A stretch of DNA of 64,000 nucleotides from a virus (lineage: Duplodnaviria > Caudoviricetes), in the IMG/VR virus record IMGVR_UViG_3300031992_000028; one strand, 5' to 3'. The translations under genes and the position numbers were made by a program. The notes below the pieces were generated by a model. It was given only the letters and a program-made list of their open reading frames with translations. It did not search any database and was not told the DNA's origin. This document shows positions 33,740 through 45,367 of this stretch, piece after piece. Position 1 is the stretch's first letter. Every line of letters starts with the position of its first letter.

Positions 33740-34249
33740 ATGGCTGAAAATAGAAAAGACTATGGTGTCTTAATAACGCCTGAAATAAAACTACATCGCC
33801 AATATTTCAAAGAAATGGTAAAACTTCTTGGAATTAATTGTATTTATAAAGCTCCTTTACCTGGAAAACACTTTGATACTCATGGCGATTTAGACGCTGA
33901 CTACACACCAGGAGAAGTTGTAGGCGTAATTTTTCAAGAGCACCCAGATCAAAAAACATTAAAGAAGATGGGCTGAGTTGCTGAGCTTCAAGAAGGCTCA
34001 TCAATTATTCATGTCCCATATGACTTACCACATATTCAAGTTGGTGCATTATTTATCATTCCAAGCGGCCTTGATCAAGCACAGGGTCGTGTATTTCGTG
34101 TTATTTCTATGCAAAATATTATGGTTTACCCAGCTTCTATTGCTTGTGAAATTGCTCCTGAATACTTTGATACTGTAGAGCCAGTATTAACAAGAGACTT
34201 TGAAAATAATAATTTTACCATGCTTATAGATCATGAGGAGGATGACTAA
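33740..34249 (+). CDS. Probable neck/head-closure protein, T4 gp14-like (169 aa, one TGA)
   Basis: Read-through of TGA 33974-33976 to TAA 34247-34249; EMVKLLGINCIY; position. Confidence 0.55.
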
Positions 34250-36039
34250 TGACTAAATTTAAGTTAAAAGAATACTCCAGATTTATGCTATCAGAAAAAT
34301 TTATTTTAAATGAAGCTAAATATACTAAAGCAGACATACAAAATATTATCTCAGAATATACAAAAGCAAATCAAGACTTTAAAAATATTTATTCTAGCAT
34401 AGAAGAAAAAATAAAGTCTGAGCTTGCAAAAGCGGAAGAGGCGACTGCAACTGATAAAGATGTAGAAGAATTAAATGAGTTAGCTGATAATATTACAAGT
34501 GGAAATATTACTAATATTACAGATGTTAAAGCAAAAACAAATCAATATCTTACAAAACTTGATGCACGACTCAAAGCTACTCCTGGTTATGATGAAGAAA
34601 AGACACCAAACATTGCTAAAGTAATAAATAAATTAAATAGCTATGCAAATGAAGCAAGTAGAGGTGCTAAAGAAGATGAGGAGACAGAAGATCGCATCAT
34701 TAATCTTATAAAAGAGCTTACTCCATTACTTAACAATATCTTTGCAAAAGATACATCAAAAAATACTCTTTTACAACAAATTATTGATAATCTTACTGTT
34801 TTAAATAATACTAACTTAGATGGTTTTATTAAACAGCTAAAAAGTGATGCTGTTGAAGAATTTATAAAAATAAAAGATGCTTTTACAGGCATTACACAAT
34901 ATTTAACAGAGCTTAATGCAAAAGAAACTATTACTGATGAAGATATTACTGCTCTAAATACTGCAGCAGCTGATGCAGCTAAAACTGTAACTGATAATAT
35001 TGAAAGAATAAAATCAATATTAGAATTAAGAGACGATGCCAAAGCAGCAAAACAAGACGCAGATGAAAATCATCTTGTAGATTTATTAAGAGATACTCAA
35101 AGTGACCCTGCTGCATTTAAAGAAGCTTTAATATCAATTCTTAATATTGCATTTAAAGATGACCAAGCTTTAGTTGAAGCAGCTTTAAAACTAAATGGCG
35201 ATGGCGCCATTGCAGAAGAAATTTTACACTTAGGTGCACTTCCAACAAAAAACCCATTTTTATATTTTATTTATACTAATAAGCAACTAATTACAGGTGG
35301 CAGCATAGATGCTAAAAAATATGCAGTTTTGCATAATAGATATATACAATCTAACGCCAACGATATTTTTGCAGCAGCAGACCTTAGGGGCACTGGACAA
35401 TTAAAAAATAGTGACGTAATTTTTAGTGAATCATTTTATCAATCTGGCACTTCAAACATGGAAAAATATCTTGATATAAGAGAGCAAGTTATGAAGTTAT
35501 TTGATAATAATACTCCATTTAAAAATCAAATTGTGGGTAAAAAATATGCAGGTAAAATTGAAAACTTTTTTAGTGATTTAGTTTATACCAGTGGCAAGTT
35601 ATTTGATAAAGCACAAGGCAGCACTGGAAGCTCTCTTACAAAAACAGTTAAAGATATTGCTCAAATTTCAAATGACCTTAAACGCTGTTTTGATGAAGAC
35701 GCTCTAAAGAGCACAGCAGCAACTGCAGTTATTTCTGTAGATAAAAAGATTGTTACACAGTGAGCTTCACAACTTGGTAACAATAAAGATAGACTTGCAA
35801 AATTAATCTTATTTATCGCTACTAAATACTTAAGCGCTAATGGCGATGCAAAAGCAGTTCAAGACACAATTAATAAATATGAAGAGATTAAAGGAAAATC
35901 TCTTGAAGCAGGTGATATTGTACCATTTACTAACCTAGTTGGTAAAGCTGATATTACTGACAAAAATATTGTAAATATTATTGAGTTAATTGCATCTGCT
36001 GGTGAATTTGTAGGAAGTAAATCAGAAGAGGAAAAATAA
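34249..36039 (+). CDS. Helical hypothetical protein, possible head-internal/ejection protein (596 aa, one TGA)
   Basis: Extends through TGA 35761-35763 to TAA 36037-36039; N-terminus LKE..LSE..ILNEA. Confidence 0.65.
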
Positions 36040-36045
36040 TTAATT

Positions 36046-36375
36046 ATGCTAATTACTGTTACAAGTGATAAATATACTCCTGCTGGTTTAGTTAGTATAA
36101 GAGTTAAAAGATTTGCAAAATATCGCTTATATAGATGAGAATTATCTGAAGCTGATATTATAATTGACAATTATTGTAAAAAAACATATAATTGTTCGTT
36201 AAAAGAAGCTTGCTTACAGATAATTAAAAAAATTAAAATATTTCCAGAAAATACTGATAATACATATATTATTATTTTGCCAGATAAAAGGCTTGATAAA
36301 CTGGCTCATATAATTACTTATGGAAATGGTGAATTTCTTGGAAGTAAGATTTTACAAGAAGCATTAAAATTTTAA
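36046..36375 (+). CDS. Hypothetical protein (109 aa, one TGA)
   Basis: ATG 36046 to TAA 36373-36375 fills the gap between genes. Confidence 0.6.
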
Positions 36376-36393
36376 GAAAGGAAGTAGCTAACA

Positions 36394-37074
36394 ATGGCAT
36401 TAAGATACTATGATGACGCTGTTATTAAAAAGTTATTACGCTGAATTCCTGAAAATCAGGGGTTACGTGTTTTAAAACCAGACGAATCAAAAAGACTTTT
36501 TGAAATAATTGCAGATGATACTGGCGATAAACCATTTAAACTTCCTTTTATTGCGCTTTCTAGAAATACAGATATTGAACTTTTATCAAATATTAAACAA
36601 AATAGATCTTTTGATGGTTTACGTTTAAATAATAATACTTATGACCCACAAACAGGCGGTTATAAGCTAGAAGATGGCTCGACAATATTATTTAATATTA
36701 TTCCAGTACTACCACAATATCAATTAGATATTTATACAAAAACAGAAGAAGAAGCTGATGAATTATTAAGAAATATCTTATTTAAATTAATTAATAACCC
36801 AGCTATTTATATTTCAATTCCGTACAATGGTAATAATATTATGCATATTGCAAATATAAGAGTATTACCAAATGTTTCAGATAATAGTGGAATAAATGAA
36901 CGAATTTTTTCTGGCCAATTTTATAGATGAACTTTACAACTTGAGATCCACGATGCATTTTTCTTCAGTGTTCCATATAAGCCTAACTGAAGAATTGGTG
37001 AAACAGCCCTCGAAGTATCTAGTAAAATTGATGCAGATGGCGAGATAGAGGAAGTATATAAGTTTGAAAAATAG
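36394..37074 (+). CDS. Tail terminator/sheath stabiliser, T4 gp15-like (226 aa with TGA=Trp)
   Basis: LPFIALSR, IPVLPQYQLDIYTKT...DELL; immediately before sheath; absent from the ORF track because of TGA. Confidence 0.65.
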
Positions 37075-37085
37075 TCAAATAAATA

Positions 37086-37100
37086 TGCTAAATTAATTGA
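37086..37100 (+). promoter_or_regulatory. Putative late promoter TGCTAAATTAATTGA
   Basis: Recurrent motif upstream of the sheath gene. Confidence 0.7.
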
Positions 37101-37157
37101 GTTATGATTAAAATATAACTTAAACTTGCGAAAGAATAATAATAAGGAGAGATAGAC

Positions 37158-38822
37158 ATGCCAAAAATTGTTATTAAAGAAATCGACAAAACAAAAGCTG
37201 GCTTAGGTGAATATTCTAATTTTACTGTTTTTGTTCCTGGTTTTGTTAGTAGTAATAAGATTAAACCAACTACTGGCACCATAGACAGAACAAAAACATA
37301 TTTTGATGATATTGCTGATGAGAATGGCGTTGCTGAACTTTCTGATCAAGCTGACTTTATCAAATATGTTGGTAAAGTTGCTCAAACAGTTGAACCTATT
37401 GCTGCTAAAGCTCCAGTATTAGCAAAACTTACTCCAGATGCTTCAGAAGCTGCAGCTCGTTATGCAGCAAGAACAGTTTCTGCATCTGAATTCTATATTA
37501 CATATAGGGGCCAATTATATACACTTGATACTAGTGAAACTCCTTCACAAAATGGTCATTTAAAAGCAGCAAGCAATATTGTAGTAAGAGACGGAGAAAC
37601 AGACATTGAGATTACTGGTACAGTTGGTGTTTATAATTTTGCAGACCCAGATAAAGCAAATACATGAGATGCAAACACTGAGTATTTTAGAATTTTACCT
37701 GGTGATGAAGGTACTGACTATGTTGAAGTAAACCCACAAGTCGGAAATCAAATTGCTTATGAACTTTTAGGAATAGGCTACAAAGTCTTATTCAAACAAA
37801 TTACACAAAATGAAATTGATGGCCTCGGTGATGATGATATGAAAGATGATTCATTCTGGGCACCATTTGCTGATAAAGCTACTTATGACTTTAGATATCT
37901 TATTAGTGGCTTTATGCAAACTGATAACACAGCTGCTACTACATATACAAGTATTCATAATGCTATTTGTAAATTAGCTACTGAACGTGGTGACTGTGTT
38001 GCTCTTATTGACATTCCAGAATATTGTTATAATACAGCAGCAACTGATTATAAAGTAGAAGTTGCAAAATATACTGCTGGTATTAGTGCTTCTGATAAAT
38101 ATACAGCATTCTTCATGCCGACTGTTGAATATAACATGACTGAAGATTCAGTATATAATAATTCTAAATTCCCAGGATATTTCCATTATTTACTTTGCGC
38201 AAGTGATGCATTTGTTAATTACCCAGAATGGTTTGCTGTTGCAGGCTATACTCGTGGTGTTTCACATGTATATTCTGTTAAAGCTACTACTAAAAAACTT
38301 GGTGATGCAGCTGTTAACTTATTTGAACCTAGAACTAAAGTTAAAGTTGGCAAAGATGGAAATGATGATTTATTTATTACAAAAGCTATTAATATTATTT
38401 CCACAATTAAAGGTGCCCATTATTTATGGGGCAATAGGACTGCTTTCTTACTAGGTGATGCAGATGATCCAGTTAATGATGATTTAGTTGCAAGCCATTT
38501 CTTAAATATTAGACAACTTTGTACTACTATTAAAAAAGAATTATATGTCACATGCCGTAGATTTACATTTGACCCAAATAGTGATATCTTATGGATCAAC
38601 TTCTGTAATGCTATTTCACCTCTATTAGATAGAATGAAAGCAAATCAAGGTATTGAAGACTATAAGATTGTTAAAGTGCCTGTAGATACAAAAGGCTTAT
38701 TAAAAGCAAAAATTAGAATCGTTCCTATTGAAGCAGTTGAAGACTTTGAACTTGAGCTATTCTTGGAAGATTCAATTACTGGCACCAGTGTTGAAATTGA
38801 TGAAAGCAACGGAACAAACTAA
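37158..38822 (+). CDS. Tail sheath protein (554 aa, one TGA at 37665-37667)
   Basis: MPKIVIKEIDKT start; WFAVAGYTRG, LWGNRT, LNIRQL, FDPNSDILW. Confidence 0.9.
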
Positions 38823-38842
38823 CTTAAAGGAGACTAAGAATT

Positions 38843-39442
38843 ATGTATAATGATACTGAAGGATTATCTGGTCAACACATTAGCACAAACCTTGCTAACT
38901 ATGAAGCTGCTCGTACTGGTTTCTTCTCATTTATCGTAAATGATATTGATGGAATTATTAGAGCAACTTATTCTGGCGACAGATCAAAAGAAATTCCAGA
39001 GAGCGATAGAATTGCTAATGCTCAACAATATTTAAAGCTTAATGTTGTTAAAGCTGATGTTCCACACTTCACACTTGAAACATTACAATACAAACGTGGT
39101 AATGACACAATTAAGTTTGCTGGAACTCCTACTTTTGAGGCTGGCACACTTGTTGTTGATGACGTCGTTGGAATTGATACAAAGTCAATCTTAATGGCTT
39201 GGCAAGCACTTGCATATGATGTTCATTCACGTCGTGGTGGAAGAATGAAAGACTATAAGAAAGACTGCACATTAGTTGAATATACTCAAGACTTTGAAGA
39301 AGTCAGAAGTTGGAAACTATATGGTTGCTGGATTTCTGGTCTATCAGAAGACTCATTCGATAAAGAAAATGATGGTAAACGTCAAATCTCTGCTACCATT
39401 GAATATGATAGAGCCGAAATGATTATGCCACAACGTGGATAA
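38843..39442 (+). CDS. Tail tube protein, T4 gp19-like
   Basis: KFAGTPTF, YKKDCTLVEY, WKLYGCWI, IEYD; follows sheath. Confidence 0.85.
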   Translation: MYNDTEGLSGQHISTNLANYEAARTGFFSFIVNDIDGIIRATYSGDRSKEIPESDRIANAQQYLKLNVVKADVPHFTLETLQYKRGNDTIKFAGTPTFEAGTLVVDDVVGIDTKSILMAWQALAYDVHSRRGGRMKDYKKDCTLVEYTQDFEEVRSWKLYGCWISGLSEDSFDKENDGKRQISATIEYDRAEMIMPQRG

Positions 39443-39460
39443 TCTCAACTAAAAATTTAT

Positions 39461-39491
39461 AAAAAAGACTATTAAAAACAATAGTCTTTTT
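39461..39491 (+). terminator. Intrinsic terminator
   Basis: AAAAAGACTATT...AATAGTCTTTTT. Confidence 0.7.
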
Positions 39492-39536
39492 ATTTTTATA
39501 TAAATAGATTTAATAAATATTTAATAAATATAAATC

Positions 39537-39551
39537 TGCTAAATTATATGA
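39537..39551 (+). promoter_or_regulatory. Putative late promoter TGCTAAATTATATGA
   Basis: Recurrent motif. Confidence 0.7.
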
Positions 39552-39569
39552 TCGAAAGGAAATAAAAAT

Positions 39570-39731
39570 ATGGGTAGGATCAAACTAGATAGAAGCAACA
39601 AAGTAATGCAAACATTTGAATCTACAAAGCCGTTAAAAGCACGACTTGAAAAGATTGCACAAAGAAAAAACATTACCGTTTCAGCTTTAATTAGAGAAAT
39701 CTTAGAAACTTATATTGAAGAAAGGAACTAA
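39570..39731 (+). CDS. Small ribbon-helix-helix (CopG/Arc-like) DNA-binding protein, 53 aa
   Basis: MGRIKLDRSNKVMQTFESTKPLKARLEKIAQRKNITVSALIREILETYIEERN; AAAGGA RBS; too short for the ORF track. Confidence 0.65.
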   Translation: MGRIKLDRSNKVMQTFESTKPLKARLEKIAQRKNITVSALIREILETYIEERN

Positions 39732-39735
39732 AAAT

Positions 39736-40506
39736 ATGGGAGAAGAAAGACAAACTAACTATACTGTTATGGAAGGCTACGAGCTTCCATCAAAAGGACT
39801 TATTTATGATAAGCCAGTTAATTCGCATGTCGAATTAAGAAGCATGAGTGCAAGAGATGAAATGAAACGTTTATCTCCAAGTACAACTCCATTTAAAACA
39901 CTCGCAGACATCATTGAAGGCTGTATGATTGAAAAACCAGCTGTTCATGTATATGATATGGCAATAGGTGATTATGAATATTTACTTCATAAGTTAAGAA
40001 TTGTTACTTATGGTGATGAATATAAAGTAGAATTACGCTGCCCATTCTGTGGTGAATTATTTGACTCAGTAACTCATCTTGATGAAATTACAGTTAAAGA
40101 ATTTGATAAAGAAAAATTTGAGACCCTTAGAAATTTACATTTACCAAAAAGTAATCATGATGTGGTTTTAAAATTTCAAACTCCACATATTTTAGACGAA
40201 ATTGATAGCAAAACTAGAGAATATAAGCGTCGTTATAAAGATGCCACAATTAGTTTTGACTTATTAGCAATTTTAATAAATTCTATTGAATCTGTTGATG
40301 GCATTGAAATGAATCAGCTTGACTTAGAAAACTTTATTAACAAGCTTCCAGCTTATGATATGACAAAGATTATCAATACTTTAGATGAATTAAATGCAAG
40401 TGTTGGTATTAATAATGAGCTACAAGTCGTCTGTCCACATTGTGGGGCTGACGTAGAAACCTTTTTTCGCTTCGGGACCGAGTTTTTTAGACCCTCAAAC
40501 ATCTAA
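39736..40506 (+). CDS. Baseplate hub/tail assembly chaperone, T4 gp26-like (256 aa)
   Basis: YELPSKG, two CP.CG pairs; between tube and tape measure; ATG 39736 with AAAGGA RBS. Confidence 0.7.
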   Translation: MGEERQTNYTVMEGYELPSKGLIYDKPVNSHVELRSMSARDEMKRLSPSTTPFKTLADIIEGCMIEKPAVHVYDMAIGDYEYLLHKLRIVTYGDEYKVELRCPFCGELFDSVTHLDEITVKEFDKEKFETLRNLHLPKSNHDVVLKFQTPHILDEIDSKTREYKRRYKDATISFDLLAILINSIESVDGIEMNQLDLENFINKLPAYDMTKIINTLDELNASVGINNELQVVCPHCGADVETFFRFGTEFFRPSNI

Positions 40507-40714
40507 AGATGGGAAACCTTACGGTCCTAAAAGATTTAAGGAAATCGTAAAAGAATGCTGATATATTAGCGATAACTTGCATACTAGTTATACTGATATA
40601 TTAGACTTAAGCTTTCAAGAAAGAGTATATCTAATTGAGCTTATAAATGAAAAACAAACCGCTACTAAGAAAGCAATGGAAGAAATACAAACAAAAAACA
40701 AACTTAAAAAATAA
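40487..40714 (+). CDS. Start-less ORF, probable frameshift extension of the chaperone (T4 gp51-like)
   Basis: The +1 frame is open from 40457 to TAA 40712-40714 (one TGA); YISDNLHTSYTDILDLSFQERVYLIELI; no suitable upstream start codon. Confidence 0.55.
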
Positions 40715-40739
40715 TTAAATTATTAGGTGGGATTAGCTT

Positions 40740-42863
40740 ATGGCAATGACAAAAAAAGACTCGCACAACTATGAACAAGAATTCTTAGAAGCTAATGTTA
40801 AGTTAGCAAGCTATGAATTTGATCTTGAAAATAAGCTTTTTGAGCTTCGTCTTTCTAATGCTCAAAAATTAATTCAAGCAAAAGAAAATTATGAAAAAGC
40901 CGGCCTTGACAAAATTGCTAAGCTAAATCTTTTATATACCGATAAAGACGTAGAAGCAGCTAAAAAAGCTGCTAAAGCAAAAATAGAGCTTCAAATAAGA
41001 GAAGAAAGAAAAGCACAAGGTAAAAAGCCTACTGGTAAGCTAACAAAAGCTGAAAAAGATATAATTAAAGCGAAACAAGAAGCAGAAGAAAAAGCTATTG
41101 ATGCTCGTTATGAAAAAGAAAAGAAAATTGCTGCTAAAATTCATAAACAAGCACAAAAAGACATTGCAGCTGAGAATGCTGCTCGTGCTTCGAGTGAATT
41201 AAAATCTGGACTTTTTGGTAAGGGCAAATCATTAGCAGACAGAAAGCAAGCACTATATAATGCTTTTCATCAAAATAGTGATGGTTCAAAAAATACACTT
41301 GCTGGTCTTGCTACCTTGACAAATGCATTATCTGATTTAACTAAACAATTAGATAGTAAAATTGAATATATTGCTGGTAAAAAGAGTGCTATTGATACAA
41401 GATTACATGGCTGAGGTGGTAAGAGAAAACTTGGTTCATACTGAGATGCTATTAGCACTGATATTATTGGCGTTGCTGGCGCTTCTCCGTTTATTAAACA
41501 AACTGCTGTTATCTCAAATGTTGAGTCAATGGTTGATGCAGGTATTGCATATAATGTCGAACAACGTGCTTTTTTACAAACAATTAAAGATAAAATTGCA
41601 ACAACATTTGATGCCAATAATGGAACTCTTTTAAGATTGGTCCGTATTCAACAAGCTGATTCTACAGCTGCTCGTTTAGGTATGGAGTCAACAATGAACT
41701 CATTCTTAAATAATATGTATGAAAATACTGAGTATTTAAAAAATGTTGCAACATCAGTAAAAAGTAGCTTAGAAGAAGCTATGTCACTTATGAGTGCAAC
41801 TGAAGCTGTAAGTTTTGAATACCAAGTCCAAAAATGAATGGGCTCATTATATTCTGTTGGTATGTCTCAAGGTGCAGTAAATAATATTGCTGGCACTCTT
41901 GGTAAATTAGCAGCAGGCGATATTTCTGGTATTACTGGTGGTGGTGCTGGAAACTTGCTCGTTATGGCAGCAAATAAAGCAAACTTATCTTTAGCTGATA
42001 TGCTTGCAAATGGCTTAGATGATAGTGATACTAATAAATTATTAAATGCTATGACGGACTACCTTGCACAGATTGCAAATGATTCTAAAAATAGCCGTGT
42101 TGTTCAGCAACAAATTGCAAATGTTTATGGTTTAACCGCATCTGATTTAAGAGCTGCTCAAAACTTATCAAAGACAAGAGGAATTGTTGCTGGGTCTTCA
42201 CTTAGTTATAATGATGCATTAGCACAGCTAACAAGTATGGCAAGCACAATGTGGCTGAGAACAAGTATGGGTGAGATGATGACCAATGCTTGAGATAATC
42301 TACAATATACCATGGCTGGCGGTATTGCTAATAACCCACTTTTATACGGTATTTATAAAGCTGCTGGTTTATTAAATTCAGTTGCTGGTGGTATTGCTTT
42401 ACCTGATATTAAGGTTATGGGTTCAGGTGTTAACTTACAAACAACAGTAGCTGATTTAATGAATGTTGCGGCTTTGTCTGGCAGTATTCTACAGGGCCTT
42501 GGAACTATGATTGCTGCTGGTGGTGGCGGTGGTTTTTCTGGTGTTGGAATGCTAAAAGCTATGGGTATTTCAACAGTTTCTAAAGGTGGTTATACAACTA
42601 GACAAGGTGGAGGTGTATCAGAATCTGGCCTTGTTGGAAACTCTTCTAAAGATGATGCTTATAATCAAACTATGGCAGACGCCAATGATACACAAAAATC
42701 TACTATGGCAAATGCTAAGGAAGAGGAAGACCAAGACGTTCAAAATAAAGTTATAAATGAAAATGTTGTAAACATTTATAGATTATTACAAAGCCTTACT
42801 AATGGTACTGCATCTATTAATGTTAATACTGGTGCAGACCGACATAATGGTCTAGCATATTAG
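40740..42863 (+). CDS. Tape measure protein (707 aa with TGA=Trp)
   Basis: Four fragments in frame; helical A/G/L-rich; canonical position after chaperones. Confidence 0.75.
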
Positions 42864-42875
42864 GAGGAATAGCTA

Positions 42876-44396
42876 ATGATAGAATTTAATAGTGATCATA
42901 TTGTTGTTGGTCAAATAAAACAGCTATTAGCTACTTTTAACTTACCTACTTATAGAGTATATACAAAAGAAAATCAAATCTACTACGATATGTATGGTGA
43001 AGAAAGAAATATTGTTGAGTCAGTACCAATAACAGACGCTGCAAATAAAACACACATTAGATATATTGAATATATAAAAAATAATAAAATTCAGCGTTTT
43101 TACGATAATGAATGACACGATACTAATAGAGTATACTTTTATAATAAAAAAGAGCTTAATCACACAAAAAATTTAAAAATACAAAATAATTTGTATGATA
43201 CTTATACTCATGAATATCTCGGTAATTATTTACGTTTCCAAAGAGACTATAATAATATAAATATGATGCCATTCTATAACTGCTTCAGTAATAGACTTGT
43301 TCAACATTTGTCTTATAATTTTATACTTGCTGGAGAAACACCTACTGAAAATAAACAAATTATTTTTGATAGCGAAGACACCAAATATAAGATTTATATG
43401 GTGCCAGTAAAAATGTTCAATAAATATACTATTGCAATTGACAGCTCAGAAGGACTTGAACTTTGTTGTGGTATTTATGGCCAATATCAAGACACACGAG
43501 AAAAATTAAAAAATATTCCAGCTCTAACTTATTTAAAAGTAAATAGCTGTAATTTTAGTGCTCCTTTCTTATATTCTGGGCTAGATAATATTATAGATTT
43601 TATGCAGCCTGATTCTGCAGCAGAGCTTGCTACAGTAGAAAAAGACTTAAAGTTATTTATAAAATTACCGGCAAATAATAAGTCTTCAATTGTAATTTTA
43701 GAGGGAAATTACTTAAATTGAAATGATAAATATGTTGTAAGTGCAACTATCCAATACCTAGACCCTGAAGATCCTAAATATGATCCAACCAAATCTTTGG
43801 ATAACCCAATTAATTTTAGTCAAGCTAATATTGAAAAAAATCATTCTATAAATAATTATGATGAAACTAACATTATTCGTGGTTTAATACGTAGTGATAG
43901 TAACTTCATACAATATTTACCAGATATTAATGCAAATATAGACTATAGGAACTTAAACTTAATTACTACTTTGCAACTACTATTGTTAAATACTGGTATT
44001 CAATACCCATTTTCTAATATATTAATTGAATTTCTTACCGGCAATATGGTTACTCCAATTGATGAGATAGACGCTAATATAAAGCGTGCCCAACAAATTG
44101 CAGTTGAAAATGGAAATACAAATGTCTTAGTAGATGGTATTTGGTCACAAAAATTACAAATGCTGCTTTATGATTTTGTTAATGCAGCATATTCTAGAAA
44201 TAAATTAATTTCTTCAGAAAAACTTGATACTACTGGCTTTATAGATAAAGAAGTTGAATCACATTATAATAGTATTGTAGCACATACAGACCCTAATAAA
44301 GGAACACTTGTAATTGACAATGTAATTAATACTTTACGTGATATCAATTTATATGAAAATACTTTTAGAAACACATATAAAGGGAGGAAAAAATAA
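42876..44396 (+). CDS. Hypothetical tail/baseplate-region protein (506 aa with TGA=Trp)
   Basis: Fragments 42876, 43191 and 43797 in frame; GGAGG RBS. Confidence 0.7.
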
Positions 44397-45022
44397 TGCC
44401 AGAAAATGAACAATACCCAACAGATTTATACCCATTTCCTGATAACTATATCTATATTTCACATTTAGATGAAGGACTAAAATTTTGGCGTATTCCATGT
44501 TGGCCAGATGCTATCTCTGATTCTATGGCATCAAATTTTACATCTACTAATGCACTTGGTCGTTCAGCCCCAGTTTATACTTTTAGTAATGCTGGTCCAC
44601 GCTCTGTTCAAATAAGCATTAACTTGCACAGAGATATTATGGACGATATAAATACCGGCGTTAGTAATTCTCCTTTAAATCTTGGGGAAGACTATATTGA
44701 TAACTTAGTTAATGCACTAAGAGCTATCGCTGTTCCAAAATATAATTTAAACAATAAGTCAGTTGAACCTCCTTTAGTTGCTCTTAGACTTGGTAGAGAA
44801 GTCTTTGTTAAAGGAGTTGTTACAGGCGGCATCGGTCTTGATTTCCAAAAACCAATTCTAACTAATGATAGATACTCACAAGTAAAGCTATCTCTAACTA
44901 TTTCTGAAGTTGACCCATATGATGCAACCACTGTTTATCAAAATGGCGGTTTTAGAGGTGTTGTTAATACATTTAAGGGCACACACCCAACTAAAAATGG
45001 TGTTGATGGTATGGGTTTATAG
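44396..45022 (+). CDS. Baseplate tube-initiator-like protein
   Basis: P..ISDS..SNF....LGRSAPVYTFSNAGPRSV; PPLVAL; position. Confidence 0.6.
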   Translation: MPENEQYPTDLYPFPDNYIYISHLDEGLKFWRIPCWPDAISDSMASNFTSTNALGRSAPVYTFSNAGPRSVQISINLHRDIMDDINTGVSNSPLNLGEDYIDNLVNALRAIAVPKYNLNNKSVEPPLVALRLGREVFVKGVVTGGIGLDFQKPILTNDRYSQVKLSLTISEVDPYDATTVYQNGGFRGVVNTFKGTHPTKNGVDGMGL

Positions 45023-45034
45023 GAGGGCTAATCT

Positions 45035-45364
45035 ATGGACGATCTAAGAAAAAAACAATATTATCAATATGATTATACTTGTCGTTATACTGATGTTCCT
45101 TATTATTATAATATAAAAGACCAACGTCAAATATATGGTATTGGAAGTAATTTAAATAAAAATACACCTTGAGTAGCCCACAAAGTTGATAAAACAGACA
45201 CATTAGACTACTTAGCATTAAAATATTATAATAACCCAACATTTTGGTGAATCATTGCTTATTTTAATGACATTCAAGATGCATTTATCAGACTAAGCGA
45301 TAAATATGATATAATAAAAATTCCTAGTATTTCTAGTATTGAATTTGGAGCTGAAAGAAAGTAA
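45035..45364 (+). CDS. LysM-like baseplate wedge protein, T4 gp53-like (109 aa with TGA=Trp)
   Basis: DTLDYLALKYYNNPTFW(TGG)W(TGA)IIAYFN...IKIP. Confidence 0.75.
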
Positions 45365-45367
45365 TAT

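Noticed and set aside
38436-38438. AGG reassigned to Met as reported for some uncultured Bacilli
   Set aside because: AGG encodes the conserved Arg of sheath WGNRT, and AGG at 54585 aligns with AGA in the paralogous AYR motif
45244-45253. TGA=Gly (table 25) or selenocysteine
   Set aside because: TGA occupies conserved Trp positions (WW of the LysM wedge, LLKW paralog pair, GSDQIW)
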